Source: Lama glama (Eukaryota). Taken from it: a stretch of 64,000 nucleotides of DNA. The stretch covers positions 7,752,001-7,816,000 of the forward strand of contig CM052817.1 of the NCBI GenBank assembly GCA_028534125.1. The letters are read 5' to 3'. How positions within the stretch are numbered: the first letter of the stretch is position 1; each line of letters opens with the position of its first letter. Positions 12,711 through 25,390 of this stretch are shown in pieces. The notes below the pieces were generated by a model. It searched no databases. It worked only from the letters and a program-made list of their open reading frames with translations, and was not told the DNA's origin. The position numbers were made by a program, and so were the translations under genes.

Positions 12711-13254
12711 TTTGTTGTTATCACTTAAATCTATTTAGTAATTCCCTTGTAAAATTTAGCCTGCTCTTTCTAATGAAACACTAATACGCTCCTTGTATAA
12801 AATGCATTGGGGAAATCTTTTCATCTAAGTTTTTTCAAAAAATTTTTAATATAAATGATGAAAAGGTAGGCTGGAACATTTTACACATCTGTTACAAAAC
12901 CTCCGGGAGTTGTCTGGAAGGAAAGACTTGAATCCAAAGCAGGTGGCTGGGCAGGACATACTGGTCTGTGTGAAGGGCTGGACTTCCCTCAAAAGCTCAC
13001 ACACTAAGGAAAGAGTCCAAGAGAACTGTGAGAAAACAGTAATTAATGACTACAAACACCACTTCCAGTCCTCGTGATAAAGTTTCTGTACAGAGCCATA
13101 AAGAGAAATTTTCACATTTTATATTCTCCCCCTAACTCCAAAGTATCATCAACCAATAGGAGTGAAGTCCTAGCAGCACAAAGCACCAGCCGTGAGTCAC
13201 ATGTACTCGGCATTTTATGTGTGTTATCTCAGTCAGTTTTTATGCGTACAACAA

Positions 13255-13707
13255 ACAACCTGTGTCGAATTACACCCCCCACCCCAAATTCATATGTTGA
13301 AGTCCTAGCCCTTAGTGATCTTATTTGGGTGTGGAGTCTTTGCTGATACAATTACTTAAGATGATGTCACAGAGTGGGCCCTAACCCATGTGACTTATGT
13401 CCTTTCAAAAATAAAAGGAAATTTGGACAAAGACATGCACACAGGGAACGTATCACGTGAAGATGAAGGCAGAGATTAGGGTGATGATTCTACAAGCCAA
13501 AGAATACCAAAAATTGCCAGCAAATCACCAGAAGCTAGAAGAAAGGAATGGAACAGATTTTTCCTCACAGCTGTCAGAAGAAAGCAACTCAGCCAACACC
13601 TTGATCTTGGACTTCCAGCTTCCAGAACTATGAGACAATAAATTTCTGTTGTCTAACCCACCCAGCTTACGGTACTTTGTTATGGCAGCCCTAGCTGAGT
13701 AACAACA
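13255..13707 (+). mobile_element. ERVL-MaLR solo LTR (MLT1C-like), near full length
   Basis: ccaaattcatatgttgaagtcctagcc...ccaccttgatcttggacttccagcttccagaactatgagacaataaatttctgttg-type motifs; 3' end ttgttatggcagccctag. Confidence 0.92.
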
Positions 13708-15999
13708 ATCCCCAGAGGGAGGTATTATTCTTCCCACTTTTTGAAAATTTATGCTTAAAATATCTGTTTGTCTTTCCCAAGGAACCACAGTGAGTGGACT
13801 GACAGAGTTGGCAAATAGCCTTATTCCAAAGTCCACACGGCTGGGCATTGTGGGCTCCATTTTCCACTTCCCTTGTAATCTTTATGAAGATTTGTTGTAA
13901 TAAATCGTGTTGTAATGTTGCGCTGGACAGCAAAAGCTGCTCAGAAACCAAGTGTGTTTAGTAGAATACTCACTCACACCCATAAAGACTATTGACCTCC
14001 TACAGTGAGAAACATCACATTTCAATAATAAGAACAAACATTTAAACAGTGCTCTGTAGCACTTACTGGGGTTGGCTTAGCTTTCCATAGAACACCTGGG
14101 CGGAGATGTTGGCATCCCAGAGGAGGAACACAAAGAAAGAGGCTGTGGGATTTGCCAAAGTGAGACAATGAGCATGCGGAGAAGCCAGCATTGGAACCAA
14201 GGGTTCCTAATCCACCATATCATCTTCCTACCATGAAGACAAGCATTACTTGCTTCTTCCGCATCTGGTATATTTACTTCTTACCTGGTAGGCAAGAAGA
14301 GTACTGAGCAGCCAGGGCAACCTATTGGGAAAAGCATGGTCTTTGGTGTTGGACAGATGTGAGTTCAATTCTCAGTTATATTCAGCAAGGCCTTCAATCT
14401 CTTTGACTGTAACATAGACTGTTGTGAGGATTAATGAGATAAACTATAAAAAGTGTCCTACACAGAATCTTGCTAAATAAATTGCATTGCATTCTGAAGA
14501 ACACCAGGCTTAATCCCAGCTTCACCCTCATTCAGGGTTGTATCTTGAGCTCACTCTGACTTTGTTTGCTTATCTGTTAACTCCCATCTACCCAGGTAGT
14601 TGTGTTGCATGAATGCAGTAACGTTTTCTACATTTTCATTTCTATGCATAGGCAAGCAATTAATTATAAGGTATCTGAAGAGATATTAAGAAATACCCAG
14701 AATATAGAGGGCATTAAGTACATGTTTGCTAAATAAGTGAAAACTACCACACCTCACCCCACCCCAAGATTCTAAAAAGCCTTTCATGATGAACATTAAA
14801 AAAGGTAAGTTTTACCTAGACAGTAACTACTCTGGTGATAAAAAGATAAAAAGAGCCCATTTACTTTGGAAAATTAGAAGCCATAACCACCACTTTGATT
14901 AATAAGAGCATCCTGAGTCTTAGTTTTTAACTAAAATCTGAACATTTCATTAAAAAAAAACCCTCTGGGCAGTTTAAGTTAACTGTGAATTTAATTTTAA
15001 ATCCTCTCATCCCCTAATTCAATATGACTGCAAATAAAACATGTTTCACCATGTTCCTATGCAAATATTTTCTAGAAACACCTATATGAATTTGTCTCAG
15101 AGGAATTCTAACAAACGTGTCGAAATCATGTCTAATGTGGGTTTGATATTTGATAACTGGGGATGCTAGGAAGACATATCTCATAGTTTTCCTTTGGAAA
15201 CTAACCTCAAATGATCACTGAGTGTTCAAAGTCAATACCTATTAATGCTTGTACATATGGTATTAATTCCACATTAATTCTGTCAAAAGTGATATCATAG
15301 TTAGAAGTTCCAAATGATGACATCACTAAAACAACTTGGTTTTCATGAGTGTGGGACCCGTCAGTGCCAAAATCCAGTCCAATCTATTCATCCATCTATT
15401 CTGACAAGTTCAGTTTAATTAGTTCATGGCCTCATAATGAACAAGGGACTGGCTTTCTGTCCGATTGCCAGAGCCATTTCTATTCTCTTCAACTTAAGTG
15501 CCAAATGCTTACACTGCTTTGCCCAATTTATACCTTTGCCTATAATTACTGGTCCCCAAGGTGTGATTGTCCTTTTTCATAAGAGTTTGTGCAGCTGCCA
15601 ACATGAAGTTGTAAATAAATTGTAATACCGTTGCTATGAGGTGTAAAAATCCCACAGCTCATATCCAGAGCCTTGTATAATAAACTCAAGTAAACATTCC
15701 ATTTCCTGCAAGTGATTGTGGTCTGTGACTAGATTTAGAAAACAGGGCAGTAAGTCATCTTTCTTTAATGAGTCGTTGAAAATGAAGTCGTATCCCATGA
15801 AACCAAAACCTGTCCTTGACAAAAACAAATAGCTTATTTGTAAAAGACCCTCCAAAGGGGGACAGATTTTTCTGTAGCTCACGCTGAGTTCCATTTTTGC
15901 AGTCACACAGTGCTGAAACAATAGCACCCACTCTCCCAACAGCACCCGCCACCAAAGAAGTACAACAGGTTGGTTTTCTAGCAATAGAGACACGGTGCT

Positions 16000-16230
16000 C
16001 TAGGAGGAAAGAATGAGAAACTCAGATATAGAGGGACCCAGTTCTATGGCTTATTCTTCTACTTACTAGCAGTGTGACCTTGGTCTTTTAAAACCTCTAT
16101 GCCTCGGTCTGTTCAGCTGTAACTTGAGGAGAATGATGCCTGCTAAACGGGGTTGGTGTGATCATGAAATGAGACAGACACAAAGTACCTAGCAACAGTT
16201 CTGTCACACAATCAGTGGCACACAAATGGA
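16000..16230 (+). mobile_element. MIR SINE
   Basis: acttactagcagtgtgaccttgg...aacctctatgcctcggtctgttcagctgtaa. Confidence 0.7.
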
Positions 16231-16749
16231 CGTTTCTTCCTCCTCTTTCGGGTAGATAAAATAACCCGCATTTCTCTGTGTCCACTGGACCAACTCTAAG
16301 CCTGCTGTGTGGAACGTGCTGCAGCTGAGGAACAAGCTGTATTTTTTCTAGCAACGTTATTCCTGAAATCCCTAATAACACCTTCTTTTAAAATTGCCTC
16401 ATTCATAACAGGTAATCAATACTGCCTAAATGACACCCTAACTACAAACTCTAGTAATTTCTAAAATTAAGTAAGACTATTGGAATTCTTCTCATTTTAT
16501 TTATCAAAAAAAGTTTATTTTTTGTGCTTAATTATAATAGAATGTAAGAAAATTAAACACTGCCTATCAGAATTTTATCCTATGGAAATCAGAGAGACCA
16601 TGAGTTAAACCTAAAAATTAAAAACAAAATAGTTTACATTTGAACCACTGAAGTCAAGACGTAATTGCTAATTAAGGTTACTGTGTGCCCAACAATAGTC
16701 CAGATCTTATAGCGGAAAATTAAATTAATCAAGATTAACAACTCAATCC

Positions 16750-17030
16750 TGTATGTGGCAAAGACCATTAATGCTACCAAATATACATGATTTCTCCAAG
16801 CAGGTATATATTCCAGCCTCCTTTGTAGTTAATTTTACTTTGAGATCATTTGACTAGTTCTGGTCAATGGACCATAACCAGAAGTGATGTGTATTCCTTT
16901 CCATTAAAGGAAGTTGAGGCTAAGGGTGTCTCCTCCATCTCTCTCCTCTCCAGCTACAGAGACCCTGGAAAACAGGCACCAGATGACACAGGACAAGATA
17001 GCGTAGAACCAGTTCACAGAATTTTGCACC
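16750..17030 (+). mobile_element. ERVL-MaLR LTR fragment (MLT1J-like)
   Basis: ttccagcctcctttgtagtt...tgactagttctggtcaatgg...gaagtgatgtgt. Confidence 0.6.
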
Positions 17031-17411
17031 AGTAAGAGGTTAAATGTTAGAACATTAATATCAAGTATGTGGGGGCTTTCGTCTTTTGTGTTAATTATCT
17101 GTACCTGTCTATTATATCATAGTTCCGAGTTCACCTGGCTTTGTGTTCTAGAGAGGTTATCCATGGTTTGCCAGCCTTTAGCAGTCCCTGAGTATAACTG
17201 GGGTCACAATTCAGTCTTCCCTTAAAAAGTACACCTTCCCATTAAGTTGTGTTTGCATTTCAAGGACTGTTTCCTATTTATAGGTACCATGGGAAATTCA
17301 CCACACAAGGCATCATTGTGGTGACCACAGCCTCCTTGAGTGGGCACCACTTTCACTCCTGTTTGGTCCCACCACGTCTGCTGGGCACGTTCTCCTGAGG
17401 CGCCGGTGTCC

Positions 17412-17850
17412 ACATTGGTTTCCTGTAGCTGCTATAACAAATTACCATGAACATGGTGGCTTAAAAGAGCAGAAATGTATTCTCTCACAGTTTTGGAGGG
17501 TAGAAATTAGAACGAAGGTGGCAGCAGACTCTGGTGTCTCTAGAGTTGAATCCTTCTCTGCTTCTTCCAGCTTCTGGTAGTCCTGACTTCCTTGGCTTCT
17601 TTGCCTTGGTCTCTGCTTCACCTTCACATCACCTCCTCCTCTGTATGTGTCTTCTCCTTTGTGCATCTGTTATAAGGACACCCGCCCTTGGATTGAGGAC
17701 CTATCCAGATAAGCCAGGATGCTCTCTTCCTCTCAAGATCTTTAATTTAGCTACATCTGCAAAAACCCTGTTTCTAAATAAGGTAACAGTCACAGGTTCC
17801 AGGAATTGGGACTCAGATGTATCTTATTGGAAACCATTTTTAGACCTACT
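17412..17850 (-). mobile_element. ERVL-MaLR solo LTR (MLT1C-like)
   Basis: gctgctataacaaattacca...ggtggcttaaaagagcagaaatgtattctctcacagttttggagg...tataaggacacc...acatctgcaaaaaccctgtttctaaataaggt. Confidence 0.9.
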
Positions 17851-19019
17851 AAAATATCTTCTATGCCAATGTGAGCAACACAGAACATTCCTCCCATCTA
17901 TGTTGCCTTCTAACAGTGGGTTCTATAGCAGATTTGCTTTGTTCCTCCATGTCTTAAGAGTTTTCATTACAGAAAGGTAAAATGTTCTTTTAACTTTTTA
18001 CTAGCGGTTCCCATTTCCCTAAGACTCAGACAGAGGCCATGGGCAAGCTGACTGACAGAACTTTCTTAGACACTGATAATCAAGCCAAAGTTTTCTTTGG
18101 GAAGAACATTTCCTGCCTTAAAAGATACCTACATCCCTCCTGGCCAGCCCACTCAGCAGTTCATTAGCCTCACACCAGGATTTGGTCTCTAGGAATACTC
18201 AACACAAAGACTCACACTGGGACCCCAGGTGCAGTTAGTTATTTTGTATCTCTCAGTCCCAGGACACTCCGAGATCCTTGTAACCATAATTGATCACCTC
18301 TTCTTAGTTCTCAGTGTAGGTGCTTTATTGACTTTAACTGAAGTGCACTGAACTGACAAGCTAATAACGTAACATTTCAAAATCACATATTAATTCACCG
18401 ATATCCCCATCTTGAATAATTAGTAGTAGTTTTTGACTGCAATTAAATATATCAGAATAGAAATGGAGCTTAAATCAAGCCGTGAGCCTCTCATTCGTAT
18501 AGATGGGAAAACTGAGATCACAAAATTTAAGTGACTCATTCAAGATCACTCAGCTATCCAAAGGTGAGTCACACAACCAGTTTATACGTCAGAGATGTCC
18601 AAGAACGTTAGTGGCAGGTTAGAAAACCTGGGTTTGACTCCAAACCCTGACACTAACTAATGGTTGGAAACTGTTCTAAGGAATTCACGTGGCCTTTCTC
18701 AGCCTCAGTTTCTTCCCCTGCAACATGGAAATAGGTACTATCCTTCTGATCATCTGTGCAGCTCAAGCAACACAGCATAAGTAAAAAATGTCAAGTAAAA
18801 AATGTCCTGTGAACTATTCCTAACTAGAATGAGCTCCTCGACAGTAGAGAGCATGCAGTGACCTTGACTGCCACTCCAGCCCATGGCTCAGTGACTAAAA
18901 CTTCCACAGGGCCTGGAGAAAGCTGAGCCCATGATCAAGTGAATTAGCAGGTTCGTGAAAACGTGTGTTGCAAAAGTGGAAAGTGGTGTCACCCTCAAAC
19001 AAAACGCGACTGGCTAGAA

Positions 19020-19240
19020 ACAGAGATCAAGAGCATTGGCTCTGGAACCTGACTGCCTGGGTTCAAGCCCAAGCCACAGCACCTACCAGCTGTGCCATCT
19101 AGGGAAAGTCACGTAATCTCTCTGTGCTTTGGTTTCTCACTTGTAAGAGGAGAAGCATCCTGGCCCTCACCACGTGGAGTTCAGGTGAGAATCAAATGAT
19201 ACAAAACTGGGCACACCTACCAGTAAGTATTTTCATTATA
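19020..19240 (+). mobile_element. MIR SINE
   Basis: aagagcattggctctggaacctgactgcctgggttcaagccc...accagctgtg. Confidence 0.85.
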
Positions 19241-20052
19241 AGTTCATGTTTCTGTCGTTTCCTGGAATGTATTCTAGTCTAGCAGCCCTTTGTTTGTGTT
19301 TTCAACTTGATTTTGGCACTCTGCCATTATCATGAGTTTCCATATGTTTTATCTCATTTTGACTTACTGAAAGAAAGTGAACATTGCAGAAATCTTTGTA
19401 TTAATTTACGAATATTCACTGTAACACAAGGCACACAGATAGCCAAGGATAATACATCAAGATTACATCATCTTGCATCAAAGCGGCCCTCGGATACTGT
19501 AGGCGAGAGCAGCTTTGGAAGGAGACATCAGAGTATTAGGCACATTACAGATGAGATTTTCATAAGCTCCCCCAGGAGTGACAGGATTTAACCTGTGGTT
19601 CTCACTTTGTCTCCTGGTGTTCCGTTAGACATGCCATTGTCTACCTAATCTGTTCTGAGCATCAGTAATACTATAATTTTACTGGCAACAAATGACTGCA
19701 TGCTTATAACCCAAAGCTACCGTGGTGGGTGAGTGATCCACCCTCCCTGTCTGTTCTTGCTTGGCACTTTTCCTGGAGGCCCTGAACCCACCTCTGCATC
19801 CGTCTAACTTAGGTTTTACCTTCAAAACTCAATGCGAGAGTCCCTTGTAACTTCAAAAAACTTAACTACTCGCTACTGCTCTACACGTCTCGCTGTGAGA
19901 TCCGGCAAGGAAGGATGCCGTGCTGCTGTGTGCTAGGCGCTCTTGGAAGAGTCTTTCTGAATGAAACAGAAATCCATGGAAAAGACTTTTAGTTACCCTT
20001 GATGGGTTGCATTAACAAGCAGAAGTCCCAAATATTTTTAAGAAACACATAT

Positions 20053-20322
20053 ATATATATTTAACAGTTTTTATTGAGTTATAATCATTTTACAATGTTG
20101 TGTCAAATTCCAGTGTATAGCACAATTTTTCAGTTATACATAAACATACATATATTCATTGTCACATTTTTTTCTCTGTGAGCTACCGTAAGATCTTGTA
20201 TATATTTCCCTGTGCTATACAGTAGAATCTTGTTTATCGGTTCTACATTTTGAAATACCAATCTGTCCCTTCCCACCCCCTGCCCCCTTGGCAACCACAA
20301 GTTTGTATTCTATGCCTATGAG
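20053..20322 (-). mobile_element. Short lineage-specific LINE-1 3' end
   Basis: Reverse complement of the 3'UTR of the 21058-21756 copy; TSD core tttaagaaac at 20037-20046 and 20323-20332. Confidence 0.92.
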
Positions 20323-21057
20323 TTTAAGAAACGTATATTAAGTAAAGACTTGAAATTTTTAAAACGTCTCTTTCTTTTCCTGATAATTGGGAAAAGATCA
20401 ATATTATTTGACATTATCACTGTAGCTGAGGAATACTGATGTTCTGTGGAAACATTGATTAAAACCAACTGAATTACGCTATTCAAAACCACATAGAGCA
20501 GGTAAAAGGGTGAAGTGTGATCAGCTTAACAAAAACTAACAAGTATATTCTTATTACTGCAACTCAAACCCAGTCCCCACTGATACCAAGGCATAAAGGT
20601 GAGAAAAAGAATAACTACCATGTATGGGGGCCTCCTGTGCTTTAATGTCCATAAACCCTTTCTTTCCAAGCATCACAAAAGTCCTGCAACTTCGATATTA
20701 TCATTATTACTAAAATTTAAAAAAAATAACATTAATAAATAAATTACCCAAAGGCAGAGAGCTAACCAGTGGAAAAGCTATAATTTGAACTCATATGCAT
20801 TTGATGCAAAGCCCATGTGCTTTCCCTACTACCTCAGGTAGCAATAGGTATAAGAGGAGAAAACCAACATAGAATTTGAGATTATCAACTACTTGAAAAT
20901 ATCTGTACAGATAATCAAAAGTTAAATATTTGATAAAATGTTTTAATAGAACAATAGAATTTTAGACCTATAACATACAGAACAGATCAGTAAATCCATT
21001 ATACAGATTTAAACCCCAAGTCTAGAAGGCTTAAGGAGCTAATTCAAAGTCATATTA

Positions 21058-21756
21058 CCCTCTGACCCATTAATCCCACTCCTGGGCATATATCCAGAAG
21101 GAACCCTACTTCAAAAAGATACCTGCACCCCAATGTTCATAGCAGCACTATTTACAATAGCCAAGACATGGAAACAGCTTAAATGCCCATCGACAGATGA
21201 TTGGATAAAGATGTGCTATATTTATACAATGGAATACTATTTAGCCATAAAAATGACAACATAACACCATTTGCAGCAACATGGGTGTCCCTGGAGAATG
21301 TCATTCTAAGTGAAGTAAGCCAGAAAGAAAGAAAAATACCATATGAGATCGCTCATATGTGGAATCTAAAAAAAAAAAAAAAAGAAAGAAAGAAAGGAAG
21401 GAAAGAAAAGAAAAGAAAAAGACAAATGAACATAAATACAAAACAGAAACAGACTCATAGACACAGAATACAAACGTGTAGTTGCTGGGGGCAGAGGGTG
21501 GGAAGGGACAGACTGGGAATTTGAAATTTGTAGGTACTGACAGGTATATATAGAATAGATAAACAAGATTGTACTGTATAGCACAGGGAAATATATACAA
21601 GATCTTGTGGTAGCTCACAGTGAAAAAGAATGCAACAATGAATATATGTATGTTCACATATAACTGAAAGATTGTGCTCTACAATGGAAATTGACACAAC
21701 AATGTAAACTGACTATAACTCAATAAAATAAAATTAAAAAACAAAAACAAAAAAAA
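21058..21756 (+). mobile_element. 5'-truncated lineage-specific LINE-1 with readable ORF2 C-terminus
   Basis: From 21055 it translates as [52 protein letters not shown], the L1 ORF2 C-terminal region. 3'UTR and A-tail follow. Perfect 14-bp TSD tcaaagtcatatta at 21044-21057 and 21757-21770. Confidence 0.97.
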
Positions 21757-21798
21757 TCAAAGTCATATTATCCTCAATCTTTTACATATGCTTTTCTT

Positions 21799-22055
21799 TT
21801 TTTTAATTGAAGTATAGTTAATTTATAATATTGTTTTAGTTTCAGGTGTACAGCAGAGTGATTCAGTTATATATACATATATTTTTTTCAGATTATTTCC
21901 CACTATGGATTATTACAAGATGTTGAATATAGTTCCCTGTGCTATACAGTAAGTCCTTGTTGCTTATATATTTTATGTCTAATAGTTTGTATCTATAAAT
22001 CCCATAATTCTAATTCCATGCCCCACTCCCGCCGTTTCCCCTTTGGTAACCAGAG
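21799..22055 (-). mobile_element. Short LINE-1 3' end (older cetartiodactyl type)
   Basis: T-run then aattgaagtatagttaatttacaat-type antisense 3'UTR (ttcaggtgtacagcagagtgattcag); 16-bp TSD taca t(a/g)tgcttttctt at 21783-21798 and 22056-22071, one mismatch. Confidence 0.92.
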
Positions 22056-22699
22056 TACATGTGCTTTTCTTAAGCACATGTATTTATTCTGTAACTAACT
22101 CATCAAGAATTTTTGAGCAGGTATTTTTCAGGTCACTGGAAACACAGGGATAAATAAGAAATGATCCCAGCCCTCAGGAATTCTGCAGTCTGTTAAAGCA
22201 GACAGGCACAGAAATACATGATAATAATACCATGTAATATAATACCCAGAGCAGGGCATTCCTTTGTTATTTCCCTAGGCTGCCTTTATTGCCTTTAGCC
22301 CTCTGTTCTCCCATTCCCCACATCCAAGAGCTCCCGGGAATACCGAAAATACTGGGAATGTAGACTTATCACAAGGTTAGTCTCACACATTTAATTAGCC
22401 CAGCATTATTAGAGTAAAATTTTATGTTTTTATCTGTCCTCCTCCTTCCCCACCCCTTTCCAAAAGTCATATCACTCTCATGAAAGCTACAAGATACTTC
22501 CTGCTACAATTACTTTTTTTAACCAAGTTAAGACTCCTGACTGATAGAAACCAGGACGAAAAACTTCCCTAGGACTTTCGGTCTTGGGACCAGAAACATC
22601 AAGAATAGCTCTCTGCTGGGCAAATGATGTAAGATGTAAATCTCAGGGGCCCACTTCTGGAAGACAGCCAACCTACATCTAGAGTCCCCCGTATCTAAC

Positions 22700-23330
22700 T
22701 GCCCAATTACTATCATCTCTTAGATACCTCAAAACTACTACAACTCAGTATGTCCAAAGCCAGACTCAAACTCTTTGCCCCAGACCTGGTCTTTTCTCAG
22801 AGTTCATTACTGCAGTGAGTAACACACTAACTGACTTAACTATGCAAGCCAGAAACTTAGGATTTATCTGAGGTCTCTTCCTTTCCATCACCCTTCAAAT
22901 CCCACTATTACTTGCCCCTATTATAGTCACTCCTAAATAGTTCTTTACTCTGTCCACTTTTCTTCTTATTTACCCCCCTCAAGCGTAGGCTGCAAAAAGT
23001 TCCCAACTGATCTATCTACCTGCATTCACTGTTGTTCACCTATAGTCTGCTCCTATAGCTAAAATCCTCCAACCTTTCCCCATAATTCTTTGAATAAAGC
23101 AAAAGTCCTACAGTGCTGTGGGCTTCATCTCATATCACCCTCTTTTTCATGCTCAAGAGCACCTGCCTTAGTCACAACAGGGCCTTTGCAAAAGATGTTA
23201 ACTCCAGCTTCCCAGATCAGTCATCTCTTAAGTCAGAGGAAATACCTCTCACCTCCATGACCAGGTCAAATCCCTCATCATCAGCTCTTATAGCAGCTTG
23301 TACCTTTCAGAATCCCAGAGCAAAGTGAAT
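22700..23330 (+). mobile_element. L2 LINE fragment
   Basis: caactcagtatgtccaaagccagactc, caagccagaaacttagg and cagggcctttgca motifs. Confidence 0.75.
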
Positions 23331-24849
23331 TCTGCTTAGGGAATGCACTACAGGTTTTTGTTCATTTGCCTGTTTGTTTGTTTGTTGTTTGTTGTTTGTT
23401 TTACCGAGCTAATAAATGCTGCTTCTGACTTCTTTAAATTTACATAGTGATCCAACATATTAATACCCTCTGAACTTCAAAAAAAAATACATTTATAGTA
23501 GTATTATTGGTCACCAAAATGAAGGGGAAAGGAAACATTTAGGAGAATGGGCACATGTTCTTATTAAGGCAGCACTGACCCACACCTACATTTAGTATCT
23601 CAAATGCCTCGTGACTCTGGAATGCCCATGGTGACAAACACGTGTCAGCACAGAGTATTTCCTAAATGCTTACATGGTCTTCCCTTTCTGATTCATCTGG
23701 TGAACTGGGAGCAGGAAGTTGGTCATAGACAATGTGCCCTCTCTCTCTCCCTCCCTCGTCAGACCAAAACTTGAAGGAAATGTTCCATTTACTTGTGTGA
23801 TTATCTAAATAGTTAATCTCCTCCCCACCAAATCCATGCTGTAAGGACCAGGTGGATCGGGATCGGCTTTACTTTCTCTCTCCATGGTGTTCCTGAACCT
23901 TATCACGGTGACTCACACGACGCATTCCAAAATTTCCATTCTGCAAATAAATGTGTATGTATCACATTGTGAGCCTTATTTCCTATAATTGGTTCTAATG
24001 ACAGTAGAAAATTGCAAGTATTTCAAAAAGTTTGAAACAAAAACAAATATTATATAGGCAATTTCACTATACTTCCCTTAAAAAACGTCAGGCATTTTTA
24101 AATCATGAGTGAGCTAAGGCCTAAATCCAAATAACCATCCTTGAGATTCAAAGACAAAAATAAGCAAATGACTCTTTATAACAAGCTGTTTGGCAAGGGA
24201 AAAGAATGTGTACCTTTACTATCAGTTTAAAGTGTCTATGAACTGACTTTATCACTACATCTGACTCACAGCCATCATTAAGTACATCCTCATTGAATAA
24301 ATACACGGATGAATGAGTGAGTACATGCATACAGATCTAATTGGAAGGCAGTCCCACGTCTGCTGGAGGAAGTGCACTAGGAGGAAGGGCAGGGACTTGG
24401 CCTTCAGGGTGCTTGGCCTGGTGGGGAGAGTACTGGACTGAAGGTCTAGATGATTTCAGTTTTGTCCCAGCTTTGCTACTAACGTGGTATGTGTGACCTT
24501 AGAATAGCGACCAACTTCTCCAGGCTCAAGTTTCTCTTCTCAGAATGAAGGAGTCAGGTCTCTAAAATCCTGATTAGCTTTTGTTTTTCAACACTTCCAG
24601 GTCTCTTTGATACCAGTTACATTCTGACTATTTCATTATATACAATATATTATATATTTTATGTATATAATTTTATATATGTAATTTTAAATTTCAAGTT
24701 ACCCAAAAGATATTCTAAACTATTTTTGAAGTAGCAGCTCTTATAATATCACCCCAAAAAAAAAATGAAGAAAACAGCCAAAATCATGTCTCCACCAGAA
24801 AATGTTCATAATTACTACACTCTCACCCCAATATTGAAAATGAAAGTGG

Positions 24850-25390
24850 CTGGGCCAAAGTGTGTCCGGGACTCAGGCCCTCTGCCAGAGCTTCCCCTCA
24901 ATGTCGCGGGGAAGCCGGCTGGGAGACCACGGCAAAGACCACCGGTGACACTCCCAAGAACAGCAAGCACCACGACCCGATAGCCGTGAATGGCTCCTTC
25001 CAGTTGGCTGCCGGAGTTTCCTTTTCTAAATAGCTCACAACCTAATATGGTACACAGTTTGCAGATTTTTGGAGCACTTCTTGGATCCTAAGAGGATGTT
25101 GCCGCGGATAGCTGAAATGCATTCCAGTGAAAAGATCCAGTCTCCTTTCCGCTAGAAAAGGGCACACCTAATGCTATTTTGAATGGCCTTGTTTTTTAGG
25201 AAATGGTCCTGTCATTCAGGTTGAAGGACATGGTTGCGTGACTAATTATGTTTTCCTTTGCAAACTACTTCACCATCCATTATGCAAAAGCTTTAATGAG
25301 CTATTTCTGGAGAGGGCATACCACGTACGGTCTTTTCTAGGAAAACATTCAGTGAATAAATTTAGAGCAAGAATGCCAGCTCCAATGCTG
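24850..25390. promoter_or_regulatory. Candidate SRF/MEF2/TEAD cis-regulatory element (enhancer or alternative promoter)
   Basis: Perfect CArG box CCTAATATGG 25041-25050; MCAT CATTCC 25120-25125; MEF2-like TTCTAAATAG 25024-25033, GCTATTTTGAA 25173-25183 and CTATTTCTGG 25301-25310; local CpG enrichment; no recognisable repeat. Confidence 0.5.

Noticed and set aside
15634..15993. 119-aa minus ORF in the repeat-free block
   Set aside because: No recognisable homology, no ATG start, and no convincing splice boundaries; the block reads better as non-coding.
17274..17283. Perfect MEF2 site CTATTTATAG
   Set aside because: Isolated between two LTRs; not supportable without conservation data.
17534..17980. 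148-aa hydrophobic ORF
   Set aside because: Lies largely within an antisense MLT1 LTR.
21201..21697. Overlapping ORFs on both strands
   Set aside because: L1 ORF2 end and 3'UTR, read off-frame or antisense.
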